Part shown: positions 19,341 through 29,524 of the stretch, in pieces
Position numbering within the stretch: the stretch's first letter is position 1
Layout of the letters: each line of letters starts with the position of its first letter
Position numbers and translations under genes: made by a program
From: Candidatus Bathyarchaeota archaeon
GTDB taxonomy: Archaea; Thermoproteota; Bathyarchaeia; Bathyarchaeales; Bathycorpusculaceae
Reading direction: 5' to 3'
DNA: 64,000 nt
Assembly (NCBI GenBank): GCA_963772455.1
Contig: CAVYXJ010000010.1
Span: 32,001 to 96,000, forward strand
The notes under the pieces: model-generated
Databases searched by the model: none
Told to the model about the DNA's origin: nothing
Seen by the model: only the letters and a program-made list of their open reading frames with translations

Positions 19341-20555
19341 TTATCTTAAAAATTTAAGCGTAATATAAGCAACTAAGAAAATTATTGCTGCAATAAGAAA
19401 AGTCAGAAAATAAGTCAAACTTGAAGCTAGAAATGGTCCAAGGAAAGCTCCTGTAGCAGCACCTAAACTGACCATTCCGTCAAAAAAGCCAGCTTTTCCT
19501 TGAGGTATTAACTCCATTGAAAGAGACAGCATCATGATATAATACATTGCAAAGGCAAAACCTAGACAGACCAAGATAATGCACGTTATCAGCGTTGGGG
19601 CAATAGCGAGCCAAATCGCGCAGACTATAGCAAAAACAAGAATACTGCGTAAGAAAATAAACCGTGGCATTTGCTTTCTTGTATCTATTGACTTTGCTTT
19701 ACTGCAAATTAAGAAGTAACCTACAGTTGCACCCAAAGAGTTTAGAATAAAGGCTAGATATACGTATTGTTGCTGCCCTCCAAAAGCATCTTTAAGGTAT
19801 ACTGGCAAAGGCGTAAAAAATAAGCTTGAAGCAAGAGAAAACAGTACTATCGCAACTGCAAATCCACGAAAACTATCTTTTTTAAGAGAACCATTCCAAC
19901 GTAATCCATCCATTAGTCTGGAGGACCCTTCGAAGCCTCGATGAGTGAAGTCAAGCGTCCTCTCTATACAGACTAAACGTCTTTCAAAATTCATCAATGG
20001 ATCAGCAATAAGTGCCCAAGCTAGAACAAGGGCTACTACGCTTAAAACACTGCTAAAATAAAAAGAATAGGTTGATGAAATCGAAAAACTGAGGGTAGAG
20101 GCAAATAGGACCATTCCAGCAACCAAGCCGATGATGAATCCAACTTCTGTAATTGCCTCATATAATCCAAAAGATTTTTCCCAATCACATCGGCTATAAT
20201 TCTCCGTAATCAGCACATTTTTCGGTGATTCATGGGCTGCATGAAGCATTTGCATGACAACATACAAAATGACGAAAACACTAAGGTTTTGAGCGAATGA
20301 AAATGACATAATAAAAAGAATAAGCCCTGTAGAAGCAAAAGAAAGAAGAATAAATGCTTTATAATGCCTTGTTTTGTCACATAAGTACCCCCAAAGAAAC
20401 GAGGCTGGAATTGAACAGAAAATAGCTACAGAAGTCATAATACCCAAAGCAAGAAGCGGCCCACCCAAGAAAACTACCACATAAAGCGGTATGAAAACTG
20501 TCAGTAATCCAAACGCCATATCGTGAAAGAAGAACCCTAACCGCCACATAGCCAC
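19341..20555 (-). CDS. MFS transporter
   Basis: About 12 TM segments; WGYLCDKTRHYK loop motif. Confidence 0.88.
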   Translation of the reverse strand: MAMWRLGFFFHDMAFGLLTVFIPLYVVVFLGGPLLALGIMTSVAIFCSIPASFLWGYLCDKTRHYKAFILLSFASTGLILFIMSFSFAQNLSVFVILYVVMQMLHAAHESPKNVLITENYSRCDWEKSFGLYEAITEVGFIIGLVAGMVLFASTLSFSISSTYSFYFSSVLSVVALVLAWALIADPLMNFERRLVCIERTLDFTHRGFEGSSRLMDGLRWNGSLKKDSFRGFAVAIVLFSLASSLFFTPLPVYLKDAFGGQQQYVYLAFILNSLGATVGYFLICSKAKSIDTRKQMPRFIFLRSILVFAIVCAIWLAIAPTLITCIILVCLGFAFAMYYIMMLSLSMELIPQGKAGFFDGMVSLGAATGAFLGPFLASSLTYFLTFLIAAIIFLVAYITLKFLR

Positions 20556-20690
20556 AAACCACTTAGACGTCGAATTAAAACTTTTACCCGAATAATTTAA
20601 ACTTGCTTAAAAGTAGGCTTTGGATGAAAAATTTTCATAAATCCTTAATAGAGAGAGCACCCAATTTCATACTCCGCTGGAGAGATAATC

Positions 20691-21080
20691 ATGGCAAAGT
20701 TTAAGGTAATAGTTTCCGATCCCCAAGCAGGAACTTCAAAGGTAGTAGATATTGAAGAAGCACGTGCAGCTCCATTCATAGGAAGAAGACTTGGAGAAAC
20801 AATAGATGGCTCAGCAGTAGACCTACCAGCACACACAGTTCAAATACTCGGAGGCTCCGACAAAGACGGTGTTCCAATGCTTGGAAACGTTCACGGCGGT
20901 GTAAGAAGAAGAGTTGTACTAAGTGGTGGAACAGGTTTTGCTGCAAAGAAAAAAGGCGAAAGAAAACGCAAAACCGTCCGGGGAAACATCATTACAGATG
21001 AAATAGTTCAAATCAACATGAAGATTGTTGAGAGACCAGCAAAGCAAGCTGAAGCTAAACCTGAGCAAGCTGCGAAATAA
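20691..21080 (+). CDS. rps6e: 30S ribosomal protein S6e
   Basis: FKVIVSDP, GGSDKDGVPM and GERKRKTVRGN. Confidence 0.97.
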   Translation: MAKFKVIVSDPQAGTSKVVDIEEARAAPFIGRRLGETIDGSAVDLPAHTVQILGGSDKDGVPMLGNVHGGVRRRVVLSGGTGFAAKKKGERKRKTVRGNIITDEIVQINMKIVERPAKQAEAKPEQAAK

Positions 21081-21177
21081 TCGCAATTTTGCAATACTGC
21101 ATGCTTAAACCTTATAAACTGCCATAATTTATTCAATCTTTATTCACCAGTATTTATTGAAAAGAAGAAGAATCGTT

Positions 21178-22425
21178 ATGAGTAACACTAGTAAAGCATT
21201 GCCAAGACAGCCTGAAGTTAATATCGGCACTATTGGTCATGTAGATCATGGAAAAACCACTTTAGTACAATCGTTAACTGGTACTTGGGCATCACGACAT
21301 AGTGAAGAACTCAAAAGAGGCATTACAATAAAACTTGGTTATGCCGACATGCCGATTTACAAGTGTCCCAAGTGTGAAGCCCCAAAAAGCTTTACAATAA
21401 AACCTTTTTGTGAAATCTGTAATTCAGAAGCAGAATTTGTCCGGGCTATAAGCTTTGTTGATGCACCAGGACATGAAGCTTTAATGGCTACAATGCTATC
21501 AGGCGCAGCAATAATGGATGGCGCAATTCTCGTAATTGCAGCTGATGAAACTTGTCCTCAGCCGCAAACAAGAGAGCACCTTGCAGCCGCGGAAGTTAGT
21601 GGCATAAAGAACCTAATTATCGTTCAAAACAAAATTGATATAGTAGATGAAAAAAGAGCCATCGAAAGTTATAAAGAAATAAAAGCTTTCATTAAAGGCA
21701 CAGTTGCAGAAAGCGCTCCCATTATCCCAATTTCAGCTCAACGTGGAATAAACATCGATGTATTGCTCAACGCTATCCAAACCATCATTCCAACACCAAA
21801 AAGAGATGATACCAAACCACCAATGATGTTTATTATTCGCTCTTTTGACATTAACAAGCCAGGAACAACCATTGAAGGTTTGGAAGGCGGAATAATTGGG
21901 GGAACCATAGCGCAGGGCAAATTTGCTGTGGGAGAAGAAATAGAAATACGTCCAGGTGTTATGGCAGAACGAGAAGGCAAAACATTTTACGACCCATTAA
22001 TCAGCGAAATTGTTAGCCTTCAAGCGGGTAATGAAGATGTGAAAGAAGCTACTTGCGGCGGCCTCGTCGGAGTAGGTACATGCCTTGACCCATCTTACTC
22101 AAAAGCAGACGGATTAACAGGTAGCATAGCTGGGAAAACAGGTCAACTTCCACCAACCCTGACCGAACTTACATTAGAAACACATGTTTTAGAACGAGCG
22201 GTTGGAACCAAAGAACTTTTGAAAGTTGAAAAAATTAATCCTGACGAAACCCTATTGCTCCATGTTGGTTCTGCCGTTAACGTTGGCAAAGTCTTATCGA
22301 TCAAACAGAATATAATTAAAGTGAAGTTGACAAGACCGATTTGCGCTTTGCCAGGCTCAAGAGTCGCTATCAGCAGAAAAATCACATCACGATGGAGACT
22401 TATTGGCTACGGGCTCGTAAAATAA
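21178..22425 (+). CDS. eif2g: Translation initiation factor aIF2 gamma
   Basis: QPEVNIGTIGHVDHGKTT, RGITIKLGY, DAPGHE, QNKID and RWRLIGYG. Confidence 0.98.
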   Translation: MSNTSKALPRQPEVNIGTIGHVDHGKTTLVQSLTGTWASRHSEELKRGITIKLGYADMPIYKCPKCEAPKSFTIKPFCEICNSEAEFVRAISFVDAPGHEALMATMLSGAAIMDGAILVIAADETCPQPQTREHLAAAEVSGIKNLIIVQNKIDIVDEKRAIESYKEIKAFIKGTVAESAPIIPISAQRGINIDVLLNAIQTIIPTPKRDDTKPPMMFIIRSFDINKPGTTIEGLEGGIIGGTIAQGKFAVGEEIEIRPGVMAEREGKTFYDPLISEIVSLQAGNEDVKEATCGGLVGVGTCLDPSYSKADGLTGSIAGKTGQLPPTLTELTLETHVLERAVGTKELLKVEKINPDETLLLHVGSAVNVGKVLSIKQNIIKVKLTRPICALPGSRVAISRKITSRWRLIGYGLVK

Positions 22426-22429
22426 TGCT

Positions 22430-22870
22430 TTAGTCTTTCACTACTTCTTTTTCCTTTAAGAAATCATGCGCTTTTTGAAGGACATCTTTAGCATTTTTGA
22501 AAGATAATTTTTCCATAGCGTGCTTGTAATCAAGCCAAATGTAACCGATGTGCTCGAAAGAAATCTCAACTTTTTCTGTGTGCGTTTCCATTATGAAGAA
22601 CACTACTTCTTTATGAACTGTTAAACCTTGTCTCCGATAAAAGTAAGCGATTGTTTCTTTGAAGCCTTCGATGAATGTTGCATCTATGATGGCTGTTTCT
22701 TCTTTGAGTTCGCGGAGAACTGTTTCTCGTTCAGTCTCGTTAGCTTCAACGTTGCCTTTTACGAAATCCCAGTGTCCTGCTGCGTAGTTAAGGAGAAGAT
22801 ATTTGGTTTGTTCATCTTTTTTTAGATATACAACGGCGCCGCACGATTTCTCGCGAATCACTACATTCAC
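22430..22870 (-). CDS. NUDIX hydrolase, asymmetric Ap4A hydrolase-like
   Basis: GHWDFVKGNVEANETERETVLRELKEE Nudix box; KEVVFF and S.EH. Confidence 0.88.
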   Translation of the reverse strand: MNVVIREKSCGAVVYLKKDEQTKYLLLNYAAGHWDFVKGNVEANETERETVLRELKEETAIIDATFIEGFKETIAYFYRRQGLTVHKEVVFFIMETHTEKVEISFEHIGYIWLDYKHAMEKLSFKNAKDVLQKAHDFLKEKEVVKD

Positions 22871-22995
22871 CTAATTGTGTTCAATTCGTTTGCTCTGTTA
22901 TTTAAAGTAATAGCAACTTGTCGTTTAAGACCCTCAAACAAAATGTTTAAGCATGTAAAAAATTAAAGGTTATCGAAATCAGGTGTCCATTCTAA

Positions 22996-23424
22996 GTGTT
23001 GCCTTCATCACCAAAAAAAACTGGACCTCTAAAAGTAATTTTAGATTCCAACGCATTATATGTTCCATTGGAGTTCAAGATCGATATTTTTGAGGAACTT
23101 ACGCATTTGTTGAATCGGAAAATAGAAGTTATATTGCTTTCAACAGTTAAGAATGAGCTTGAGATTCTTGCAACTAAAAATTCTCCGAAAATTCGTAGGG
23201 AAGCTATTTTTGCTTTAAAGCTTGCCGAAAAATGCAAGTATGTGATGGTTGAAAATGCTGAAAAGTTAACGACGGATGACGCTATTGTTAAGGTTGCTAA
23301 AAAATGGAATTCTCCAGTGTTCACCAACGATAGACAGTTAAAGAAGAAGCTAAGAGATATAAGTGTGCCAGTGATTTATGTGAGACAAAAATCGCGTCTA
23401 GACATTGACGGGATGATATCTTAA
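22996..23424 (+). CDS. PIN-domain protein (Fcf1/Utp24-like)
   Basis: VILDSNAL, V..EL, TDDAI, VFTNDRQLKKKL; conserved position upstream of rpoE'. Confidence 0.9.
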   Translation: MLPSSPKKTGPLKVILDSNALYVPLEFKIDIFEELTHLLNRKIEVILLSTVKNELEILATKNSPKIRREAIFALKLAEKCKYVMVENAEKLTTDDAIVKVAKKWNSPVFTNDRQLKKKLRDISVPVIYVRQKSRLDIDGMIS

Positions 23425-24019
23425 ATGTTTAAACTGATTACTCTTCAAGATACTATTCGCATTCCACCAGATACCTTCGGCAAGCCACTTGAAAAAGTTG
23501 GTCGAGAACAAGTTAAAGCAAAAATATGAAGGAATTGTGGATGAAGAATTAGGTTATGTCATTGCAGTTACAGGTATCCAAGTTAGCCCAATTGGCAAAA
23601 TTATACCTGGCGATGGCGCAACCTTTCATAAAGTAACCTTTTCTCTATTAGCGTTCTATCCTATAATTCAAGAGATAGTGGAGGGAGACGTAGTTGAAAT
23701 CGCAGATTTTGGCGCTTTCGTCCGAATCGGACCGGTCGATGCATTACTTCACGTCTCACAACTCATGGATGACTATATTTCTTACGATGAAAAACAAGGC
23801 GTCCTATTAGGAAAAGAAACTAAACGCAAACTAACTACAGGCGACCAAGTCCGTGTTAGAATAACCGCAGTCTCTCTTGGAAGAATCGGAAGCTCAGGAA
23901 AAATCGGCGTCACAGCAAGACAACCATTCCTTGGGAAGTTAGATTGGTTAAAGATGGATCAAACCCCCAAAGCTACAGCTGACAAGAAAACTGCGGAAAA
24001 GCCTGAGAAAGCAGCATAA
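23425..24019 (+). CDS. rpo7: RNA polymerase subunit E' (Rpo7), with an apparent +1 frameshift at about 23520-23524
   Basis: ATG 23425 gives MFKLITLQDTIRIPPDTFGKPLE; the frame continues KYEGIVDEELG..GDGA..FGAFVRIGPVDALLHVSQ only after removing one A from GCAAAAATAT. Confidence 0.93.
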
Positions 24020-24035
24020 AGAGGATGGATATTGA

Positions 24036-24221
24036 ATGAGTGAAAAAGCATGCACAAACTGCCATTTCATAACTAAAGACAACGTTTGCGGAAGATGCAA
24101 ATCCACTAATTTTAGTGAAGATTTCAGTGGTTTAGTTGTAATGTTTGACCCTGAAACCTCAGCTATTGCAAAAGCGATGAATATTAAAGAAAAAGGCCGA
24201 TACGCCCTAAAAGTGCGTTAA
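24036..24221 (+). CDS. spt4: Transcription elongation factor Spt4 (RpoE'')
   Basis: KACTNC..CGRC..S.DFSGLV..DPE.S.IAK..GRYALKVR. Confidence 0.95.
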   Translation: MSEKACTNCHFITKDNVCGRCKSTNFSEDFSGLVVMFDPETSAIAKAMNIKEKGRYALKVR

Positions 24222-24289
24222 ATTAAATTGTTAAGACCTCGGTAGCTTCATAACCTACCAGGCATTTTCTATTTTGTAAGGATAAAAAG

Positions 24290-24838
24290 ATGACAATAGC
24301 GTACTTTTTAACGCCTGAGTTAAACATGAAATTAAAAGAACCTTTTGGCGATCTCATCCAAGGTACACCTGAAGAAACTATGGGAAACCTAAAAGAACTA
24401 GTTAAAAAAGAAAAGCCATCAATAATAATTTCCGTTGGAGACATAGTTTCCCAGAATTTGCACAGACACAACATTCACCCACAATTGACGATCATTGACA
24501 ATATTTCTCTGAGAACCCAAAAAATACCTGCAGAAACCGTGGTACAAAAAACTGTATGTGTAGATAATCCACAAGGAACGATAACTCAAGAAGCAATCTT
24601 TGCTGTTAAAGAAGCATTGGAAAGTAACCAGCATACACACATCGTAATTAAGGGTGAGGAAGATCTTCTAACACTCATAGCCGTTTTGTATGCGCCAGAA
24701 AATTCTTTTGTAGTCTATGGACAACCTTATTCAGGGATTGTAGTCATTAAAGTCAGTCCAGAAAGAAAAGCTCGGGTTATGGAGTTCCTAAACGCTATGA
24801 AAGCTTTCGAAAAGCTAAATAAGCAGAATAAGGTATGA
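24290..24838 (+). CDS. GTP-dependent dephospho-CoA kinase (DUF359)
   Basis: LKEPFG, VGDIVS, NPQGTI, GEEDLL and YGQP; canonical synteny. Confidence 0.9.
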   Translation: MTIAYFLTPELNMKLKEPFGDLIQGTPEETMGNLKELVKKEKPSIIISVGDIVSQNLHRHNIHPQLTIIDNISLRTQKIPAETVVQKTVCVDNPQGTITQEAIFAVKEALESNQHTHIVIKGEEDLLTLIAVLYAPENSFVVYGQPYSGIVVIKVSPERKARVMEFLNAMKAFEKLNKQNKV

Positions 24839-24861
24839 ACTTACGCTTTAAGTGAACATTA

Positions 24862-25173
24862 ATGCAAGTCAAAATAGATTCAACCAAGAATAACCCGCTA
24901 CTAAAAAGGAAAGAAGTAGGTTTCACTATTGTTTCGGGTCCAAAAGAGAAAACACCCCCAAGACTCGAGGTTAAAAAAGCCGTAGCTGTTGAAATGCAAT
25001 TAGGCGAGGACGTAGTTTTCATTAAACGAATGAGGACTAAAACTGGAACTAGCATTACAGTCGGAGTTGCTAATGTATACCAATCCGTTAATCAAGCAAA
25101 ACTCGTTGAACCTGAATACATCAGAAAACGTAACAGTCCGCCTGAAAAGGCAAAAGAAGAGGCGAAAGCATAA
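24862..25173 (+). CDS. rps24e: 30S ribosomal protein S24e
   Basis: NPLLKRKEV, TPPRLEV and EPEYIRKRN. Confidence 0.95.
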   Translation: MQVKIDSTKNNPLLKRKEVGFTIVSGPKEKTPPRLEVKKAVAVEMQLGEDVVFIKRMRTKTGTSITVGVANVYQSVNQAKLVEPEYIRKRNSPPEKAKEEAKA

Positions 25174-25460
25174 TGCCAGTTAAACCAGCACCAAAGAAAG
25201 AAGAACCAGCAAAAAAAGCAGAGGAAAAACCAGCAGCCGCAGAAGCTGCTGCAGCACCGAAAGTTCAGAAAGCAGAAAAGAAACGTGAGAAAAAACATAA
25301 AGAAGAAAAAGGCGTCCGCGCAATGTACAAAACTGAAGGCGACAAAGTTTCAAGGACACGTCCAACTTGCGAGCGATGTGGACCCGGATACTTTACAGCA
25401 GATCACCATGATAGATACACATGTGGGCACTGTGGTTTTACTCGCTATAAGCCGAAATAA
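25173..25460 (+). CDS. rps27ae: 30S ribosomal protein S27ae with Lys/Ala/Glu-rich N-terminal extension
   Basis: CERCGPGYFTADHHDRYTCGHCGFT zinc ribbon. Confidence 0.95.
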   Translation: MPVKPAPKKEEPAKKAEEKPAAAEAAAAPKVQKAEKKREKKHKEEKGVRAMYKTEGDKVSRTRPTCERCGPGYFTADHHDRYTCGHCGFTRYKPK

Positions 25461-25503
25461 GCAGTTTTAAATCTCCCCCCACAATTACTTCTTTTGATAT
25501 TTC

Positions 25504-25932
25504 ATGCTTAAAGTAAATGTAGTTATTACCAGTGTTTCTGCAGAACGCTTTTGGGACATTAGAAAACCTATTCCGCCTATTCAAATTAGCACCAATATTA
25601 ACGTTGTCGGTATGGAAAAGAAACAAGATGAATCTTTAGAAGTCCCCTTTGTTTTATCGATTGTTTATAACCCCTCAATTGCTCAAATGAGTTTGAAAGG
25701 CAATGCTTTCGTAAATGGCGACAAAGGGGAAGTTGAAAAAGTACTCAAAGATTATGATCAGAAAAAGCCGCCAGCCCAAATAATAATTCAGTCAATATCT
25801 AACGTTGTTTTTATCGAGTCAGTTTTGATTTCAAGGACGTTGAACATTCCGCCACCAATTCCGCTACCACAAATTCCTGAAGCTGGAAAACCTGTAAGTG
25901 CAAAGCCTGAAGGGCGAGATTACAGTGCGTAA
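25504..25932 (+). CDS. Conserved archaeal hypothetical protein
   Basis: 142 aa, beta-rich N-terminal half, one long helix, LNIPPPIPLP tail. Confidence 0.8.
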   Translation: MLKVNVVITSVSAERFWDIRKPIPPIQISTNINVVGMEKKQDESLEVPFVLSIVYNPSIAQMSLKGNAFVNGDKGEVEKVLKDYDQKKPPAQIIIQSISNVVFIESVLISRTLNIPPPIPLPQIPEAGKPVSAKPEGRDYSA

Positions 25933-26241
25933 CGAAACCTCATAAATTTCTTTACTCAGCATCAGGAATTTATTAATTCTATTGAAAAACCAAAATTATC
26001 ATTCTTGCCTTTGGAATATTACAAATTTATTTTATAACAATATTCTAATTTGAAGACCCCGATCTTTATTCGTGACTTCAGATAGAAGTTGCAATTTATT
26101 ATGCTGAAATATCAGCAATATATTATTTGTTTTTAATTTTACTATGGATGATTAAACAGGAAAAACTATCGCTTGTCGGTAAAAGCAACAGAATCTTGTA
26201 AGCAATTAAAGCAAAAAGAGAAAATAAAGAAAGATGTTGGT

Positions 26242-26646
26242 TTATTTTAGTGGCACGTACATTGAAGAACGTGATGCACCAATACCTGGAGTTCCGTGTC
26301 TAACTGGTTTGTTAGTTATAGCAAATTCTCCTAGGTAGTGTCCAATCATTTCTGGCCTGATATCAATGGCGACGAATTCTTTTCCGTTGTGAACGGCTAT
26401 TTTTGCGCCTACCATTTCTGGCAAGATAATTAGATCTCGAACGTGTGTTTTTAAGCTGACTTCTTTGCCTTGTTTTTGGGATTCTTTAGCTGCACGTAGC
26501 TTTTCGAGCAGTATTCGTTGTTCTGGTGTTAATCCACGTTGTAGGCTTCTTCTTTGTCGTGATGGAAGCATATTGATGAATTCATCCATAGACATGCCTG
26601 TTATACTGTTGAGGTTATGTCCACGGTAGCTAAATTCTTTCGGCAT
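26242..26646 (-). CDS. rps19: 30S ribosomal protein S19 (uS19)
   Basis: [21 protein letters not shown] and MIGHYLGEF. Confidence 0.98.
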   Translation of the reverse strand: MPKEFSYRGHNLNSITGMSMDEFINMLPSRQRRSLQRGLTPEQRILLEKLRAAKESQKQGKEVSLKTHVRDLIILPEMVGAKIAVHNGKEFVAIDIRPEMIGHYLGEFAITNKPVRHGTPGIGASRSSMYVPLK

Positions 26647-26690
26647 TTTTCAACATTCCTTAGACTGATTTATTCTCTATTATAGTTTCC

Positions 26691-27431
26691 TTATCGGATT
26701 GCCCGTTTCTTCTTCTGTCCTGGACCCCTTGCCGCGATCAATCCAACTTTCTGTCCTGGTGGAGCACCGTGCGAAGTTGTTGTGCATCTGCGAGAGCTAC
26801 GTTTACTGCTTCCGAATGGGTGACATGCTGGAACCATTTTGCGACCACTAGTTCTTGGATATGTATGTCCTTTAGCACGCATTAGATGGAATTTTGATCC
26901 TGCTTTAAGGAACGGCTTCTCTATGCGTCCTGCGGCAGATATTACACCGACAGTTGATAAACAATAATCGTCAACGTATCTTGTTCTTCCAGAGGGTAAG
27001 CGAATCATAGTGCCTTGAGGAGTATGACCGACAACAGTTGCGTATGCGCCTGATGACTTTGCCATTTTTCCTCCGTCGCCTGGACGTAGTTCAAGATCGC
27101 AAACAATTGTTCCTTCAGGAACTTTTCCTAAAGGTATAATGTTGCCTATTTCAGCAGGAGCTTTTCCGCCAAGGCAGATTTGTTGACCTGTGAAAACACC
27201 TTCTGGAACAACTGTATAAATTGATAACCCATTTTCAAATTTTACTAGTGAAAGTGGTGCGCCTCGTCCTGGATCATGAACGAGTTCTTGGATAGTGCCC
27301 ATTATTTGAGCATCAAAAGTTTGTTTAGGAGCTATTGCAGGATATTTTGCAGGAGCAACACGTTTGTGAGTTGAGGCTCGGAAGTTTCGTCCACCGCGAC
27401 CTCTTCTTTGAACACGAATTCGTTTTCCCAT
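26691..27431 (-). CDS. rpl2: 50S ribosomal protein L2
   Basis: MGKRIRVQRRGRG, HDPGRGAP and PPGQKVGLIAAR. Confidence 0.98.
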   Translation of the reverse strand: MGKRIRVQRRGRGGRNFRASTHKRVAPAKYPAIAPKQTFDAQIMGTIQELVHDPGRGAPLSLVKFENGLSIYTVVPEGVFTGQQICLGGKAPAEIGNIIPLGKVPEGTIVCDLELRPGDGGKMAKSSGAYATVVGHTPQGTMIRLPSGRTRYVDDYCLSTVGVISAAGRIEKPFLKAGSKFHLMRAKGHTYPRTSGRKMVPACHPFGSSKRSSRRCTTTSHGAPPGQKVGLIAARGPGQKKKRAIR

Positions 27432-27448
27432 AAGTCATGCCTTCTATG

Positions 27449-27709
27449 TTAGAGTATTCCAAGTTTTATTGCAACGTCTGAAGCTTTGTATTCTGGTTTT
27501 AACTTCACGAACGCTTTTTTTACACCTTGAGGAGTAATGAGCATATTTATTTTTTGAACTTTAACTTCGTAGAGAGTTTCAACAGCGCGTTTAACATCGG
27601 TCTTCCCTGCTTTGAGGCTGACTATGAAGATTAGTTTGTTATCTCGTTCAACCATTACGCTGGCGGATTCCGTCATCAACGGAAAACTGATTATGTCATT
27701 AATGTCCAT
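27449..27709 (-). CDS. rpl23: 50S ribosomal protein L23
   Basis: NKLIFIV, K.DVKRAVE.LY.VKV and KKAFVKL. Confidence 0.97.
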   Translation of the reverse strand: MDINDIISFPLMTESASVMVERDNKLIFIVSLKAGKTDVKRAVETLYEVKVQKINMLITPQGVKKAFVKLKPEYKASDVAIKLGIL

Positions 27710-28494
27710 TACATTTGTTCTCCATAAAGAGTTGTTAATTTTTCTATGGCGCCATTAGTCCAAACTGTTAATCGCCCAGCATGAGTTCCTGGGGCAAGCA
27801 TTTCAGTGTTCAAGTTAGCTACAGTGGTCACTTGGACACCTGGAAGGTTACTGGCAGCATTAACTAAACTTTTCCCGTCAACAACTACTATGAGTGGTCC
27901 AACGGCTTGCTTCATTTTTCTGCCTCTATGCTTGCCTTTGCCAGCACGAACGCTGCGGCTATCGCGTACACGAGTTAAGTCGTCAGACATACCAAAGCAG
28001 TTAAATGCTTCTTCAACTTCGCTGGCTTTAGTTAAGCTCTCAAATGCATCCTCAACTATCAATGGGAATTGTGGAACGGTACCAATTTTGTGACCTCTTA
28101 AGGTTACAGTTTCTTTTTGTCCTGTTGCTGCAATTGCTGAAATTAAAGCTAATTTAGCTTCCTTTTTTGGAATATCTTTTAGAATTCTTTTTTCTACTTT
28201 TGGCGGATGTGGCTGTCTTCCTTTAACTGTGCTTGGAGCAAAAGCTGCTCTGCCGGCACCGCTTTTCATACGGGGAACTCTTGCAGTTGCGCTACCAGTT
28301 CCTCGTGATTCTGCTGTGGTCTTTTTGCCAGCCATAGGGTCTCTACCTTGTTTCTGTCGTCTGTTTGATTGAATAGCTAAGACAGCGCGTTTTATGACGT
28401 CGGGCCTTAGGGGTGTAGAGAAAACGCTTGGAAGAGCAATTTTGCCAGTTGATTTGCCTTGCAAGTCAAAGATTTCTGCTGTTTTTTGTGCCAT
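27709..28494 (-). CDS. rpl4: 50S ribosomal protein L4
   Basis: RPDVIKRAV, AESRGTG, RAGKGK.RGR and LAPGTHAGRLTVWT. Confidence 0.97.
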   Translation of the reverse strand: MAQKTAEIFDLQGKSTGKIALPSVFSTPLRPDVIKRAVLAIQSNRRQKQGRDPMAGKKTTAESRGTGSATARVPRMKSGAGRAAFAPSTVKGRQPHPPKVEKRILKDIPKKEAKLALISAIAATGQKETVTLRGHKIGTVPQFPLIVEDAFESLTKASEVEEAFNCFGMSDDLTRVRDSRSVRAGKGKHRGRKMKQAVGPLIVVVDGKSLVNAASNLPGVQVTTVANLNTEMLAPGTHAGRLTVWTNGAIEKLTTLYGEQM

Positions 28495-28507
28495 GGCTTA
28501 ATTCACC

Positions 28508-29524
28508 TTATTTTCCTTGTGGAGACTCCAGTGAGATATATGTTACTTGTGGTGCTGCTTCTGGAACTTCGGTGGGTGGACGTGCAGGAACACGAAGACG
28601 TATTTGTCGTTTTTCTGTTCCAGGAATGCTACCTGAGATTAGAATGTAGGGACCTGTTACTTCGCCGTATCGGATGAAGCCTCCTTTAACGGTGACTTCT
28701 TTACCGTTTTTGCCGATTTTTAATATTCGTTTATTGAATTCAATACGTTGATGATAACCCATCTGTCCTGCTCTTGGAATAGAGTACATTAAGTGATGTG
28801 GATTCCATGGACCTAAAGTGGCAATACCACGTTTTGTTTTTCTGCCTTTATGCTGCAGACATGTTACTCCCCAACGCTTAACAGGACCTTGGAAACCTTT
28901 ACCCACAGTTATGCCGCCAACGTCTATGTATTGTCCGTCTTTGAACACTTCTTCAGGGGTAACTGTTTTGCCCAAAAGTTGCTTGGCGTATTCGAATTGT
29001 TGAGCTATTGTTCCGCCGCCGATTTGAATTTCACTTGTTTCAGGTTTCTTCTTTGCAAGACTAGTTTGAGATGGTTGAGTGGCTGCAATGACTCGAACTA
29101 TGTTTGTTTGTTCGAGGTTTTGAGAGAGTTTCTCAAGCATTGCTTCAGTGTTAAAGTTGTCTGGTAGAACTAGAGTGCGATCCAGTATTGCAGGTGGTTC
29201 TTTCATCCAAGCTTCTGATATGTTTTGGAGCCCGTATGGTGTCTTTGTGTAAGTTCTAATGCCGCAAATAAGGATAGGTGGAGTTTCTAGTATGGTTGCT
29301 GCTCGAGCAACTTCTTTACCGAAATGAGGAGATCGTTTACGATCCTCGATAGTGAATACATAAGTCATGCCCGCTTTGTAGGCTGCTGAAAAACCTAAGA
29401 GTTTAGGAGACTCAGATTTAACTTCTGGCCAGTATCTTATTCGTGCTGTTGGTTTCTTCGCACGATGCCTTGGCAAATAGGCTAATGAACCATGTTTTGG
29501 AGCATGAGTTTTACGATGTCCCAT
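28508..29524 (-). CDS. rpl3: 50S ribosomal protein L3
   Basis: MGHRK.HAPKHGSLAYLPR, YKAGMT, GKGFQGPVKRWG and AGQMGYHQR; start set at ATG 29524. Confidence 0.97.
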   Translation of the reverse strand: MGHRKTHAPKHGSLAYLPRHRAKKPTARIRYWPEVKSESPKLLGFSAAYKAGMTYVFTIEDRKRSPHFGKEVARAATILETPPILICGIRTYTKTPYGLQNISEAWMKEPPAILDRTLVLPDNFNTEAMLEKLSQNLEQTNIVRVIAATQPSQTSLAKKKPETSEIQIGGGTIAQQFEYAKQLLGKTVTPEEVFKDGQYIDVGGITVGKGFQGPVKRWGVTCLQHKGRKTKRGIATLGPWNPHHLMYSIPRAGQMGYHQRIEFNKRILKIGKNGKEVTVKGGFIRYGEVTGPYILISGSIPGTEKRQIRLRVPARPPTEVPEAAPQVTYISLESPQGK

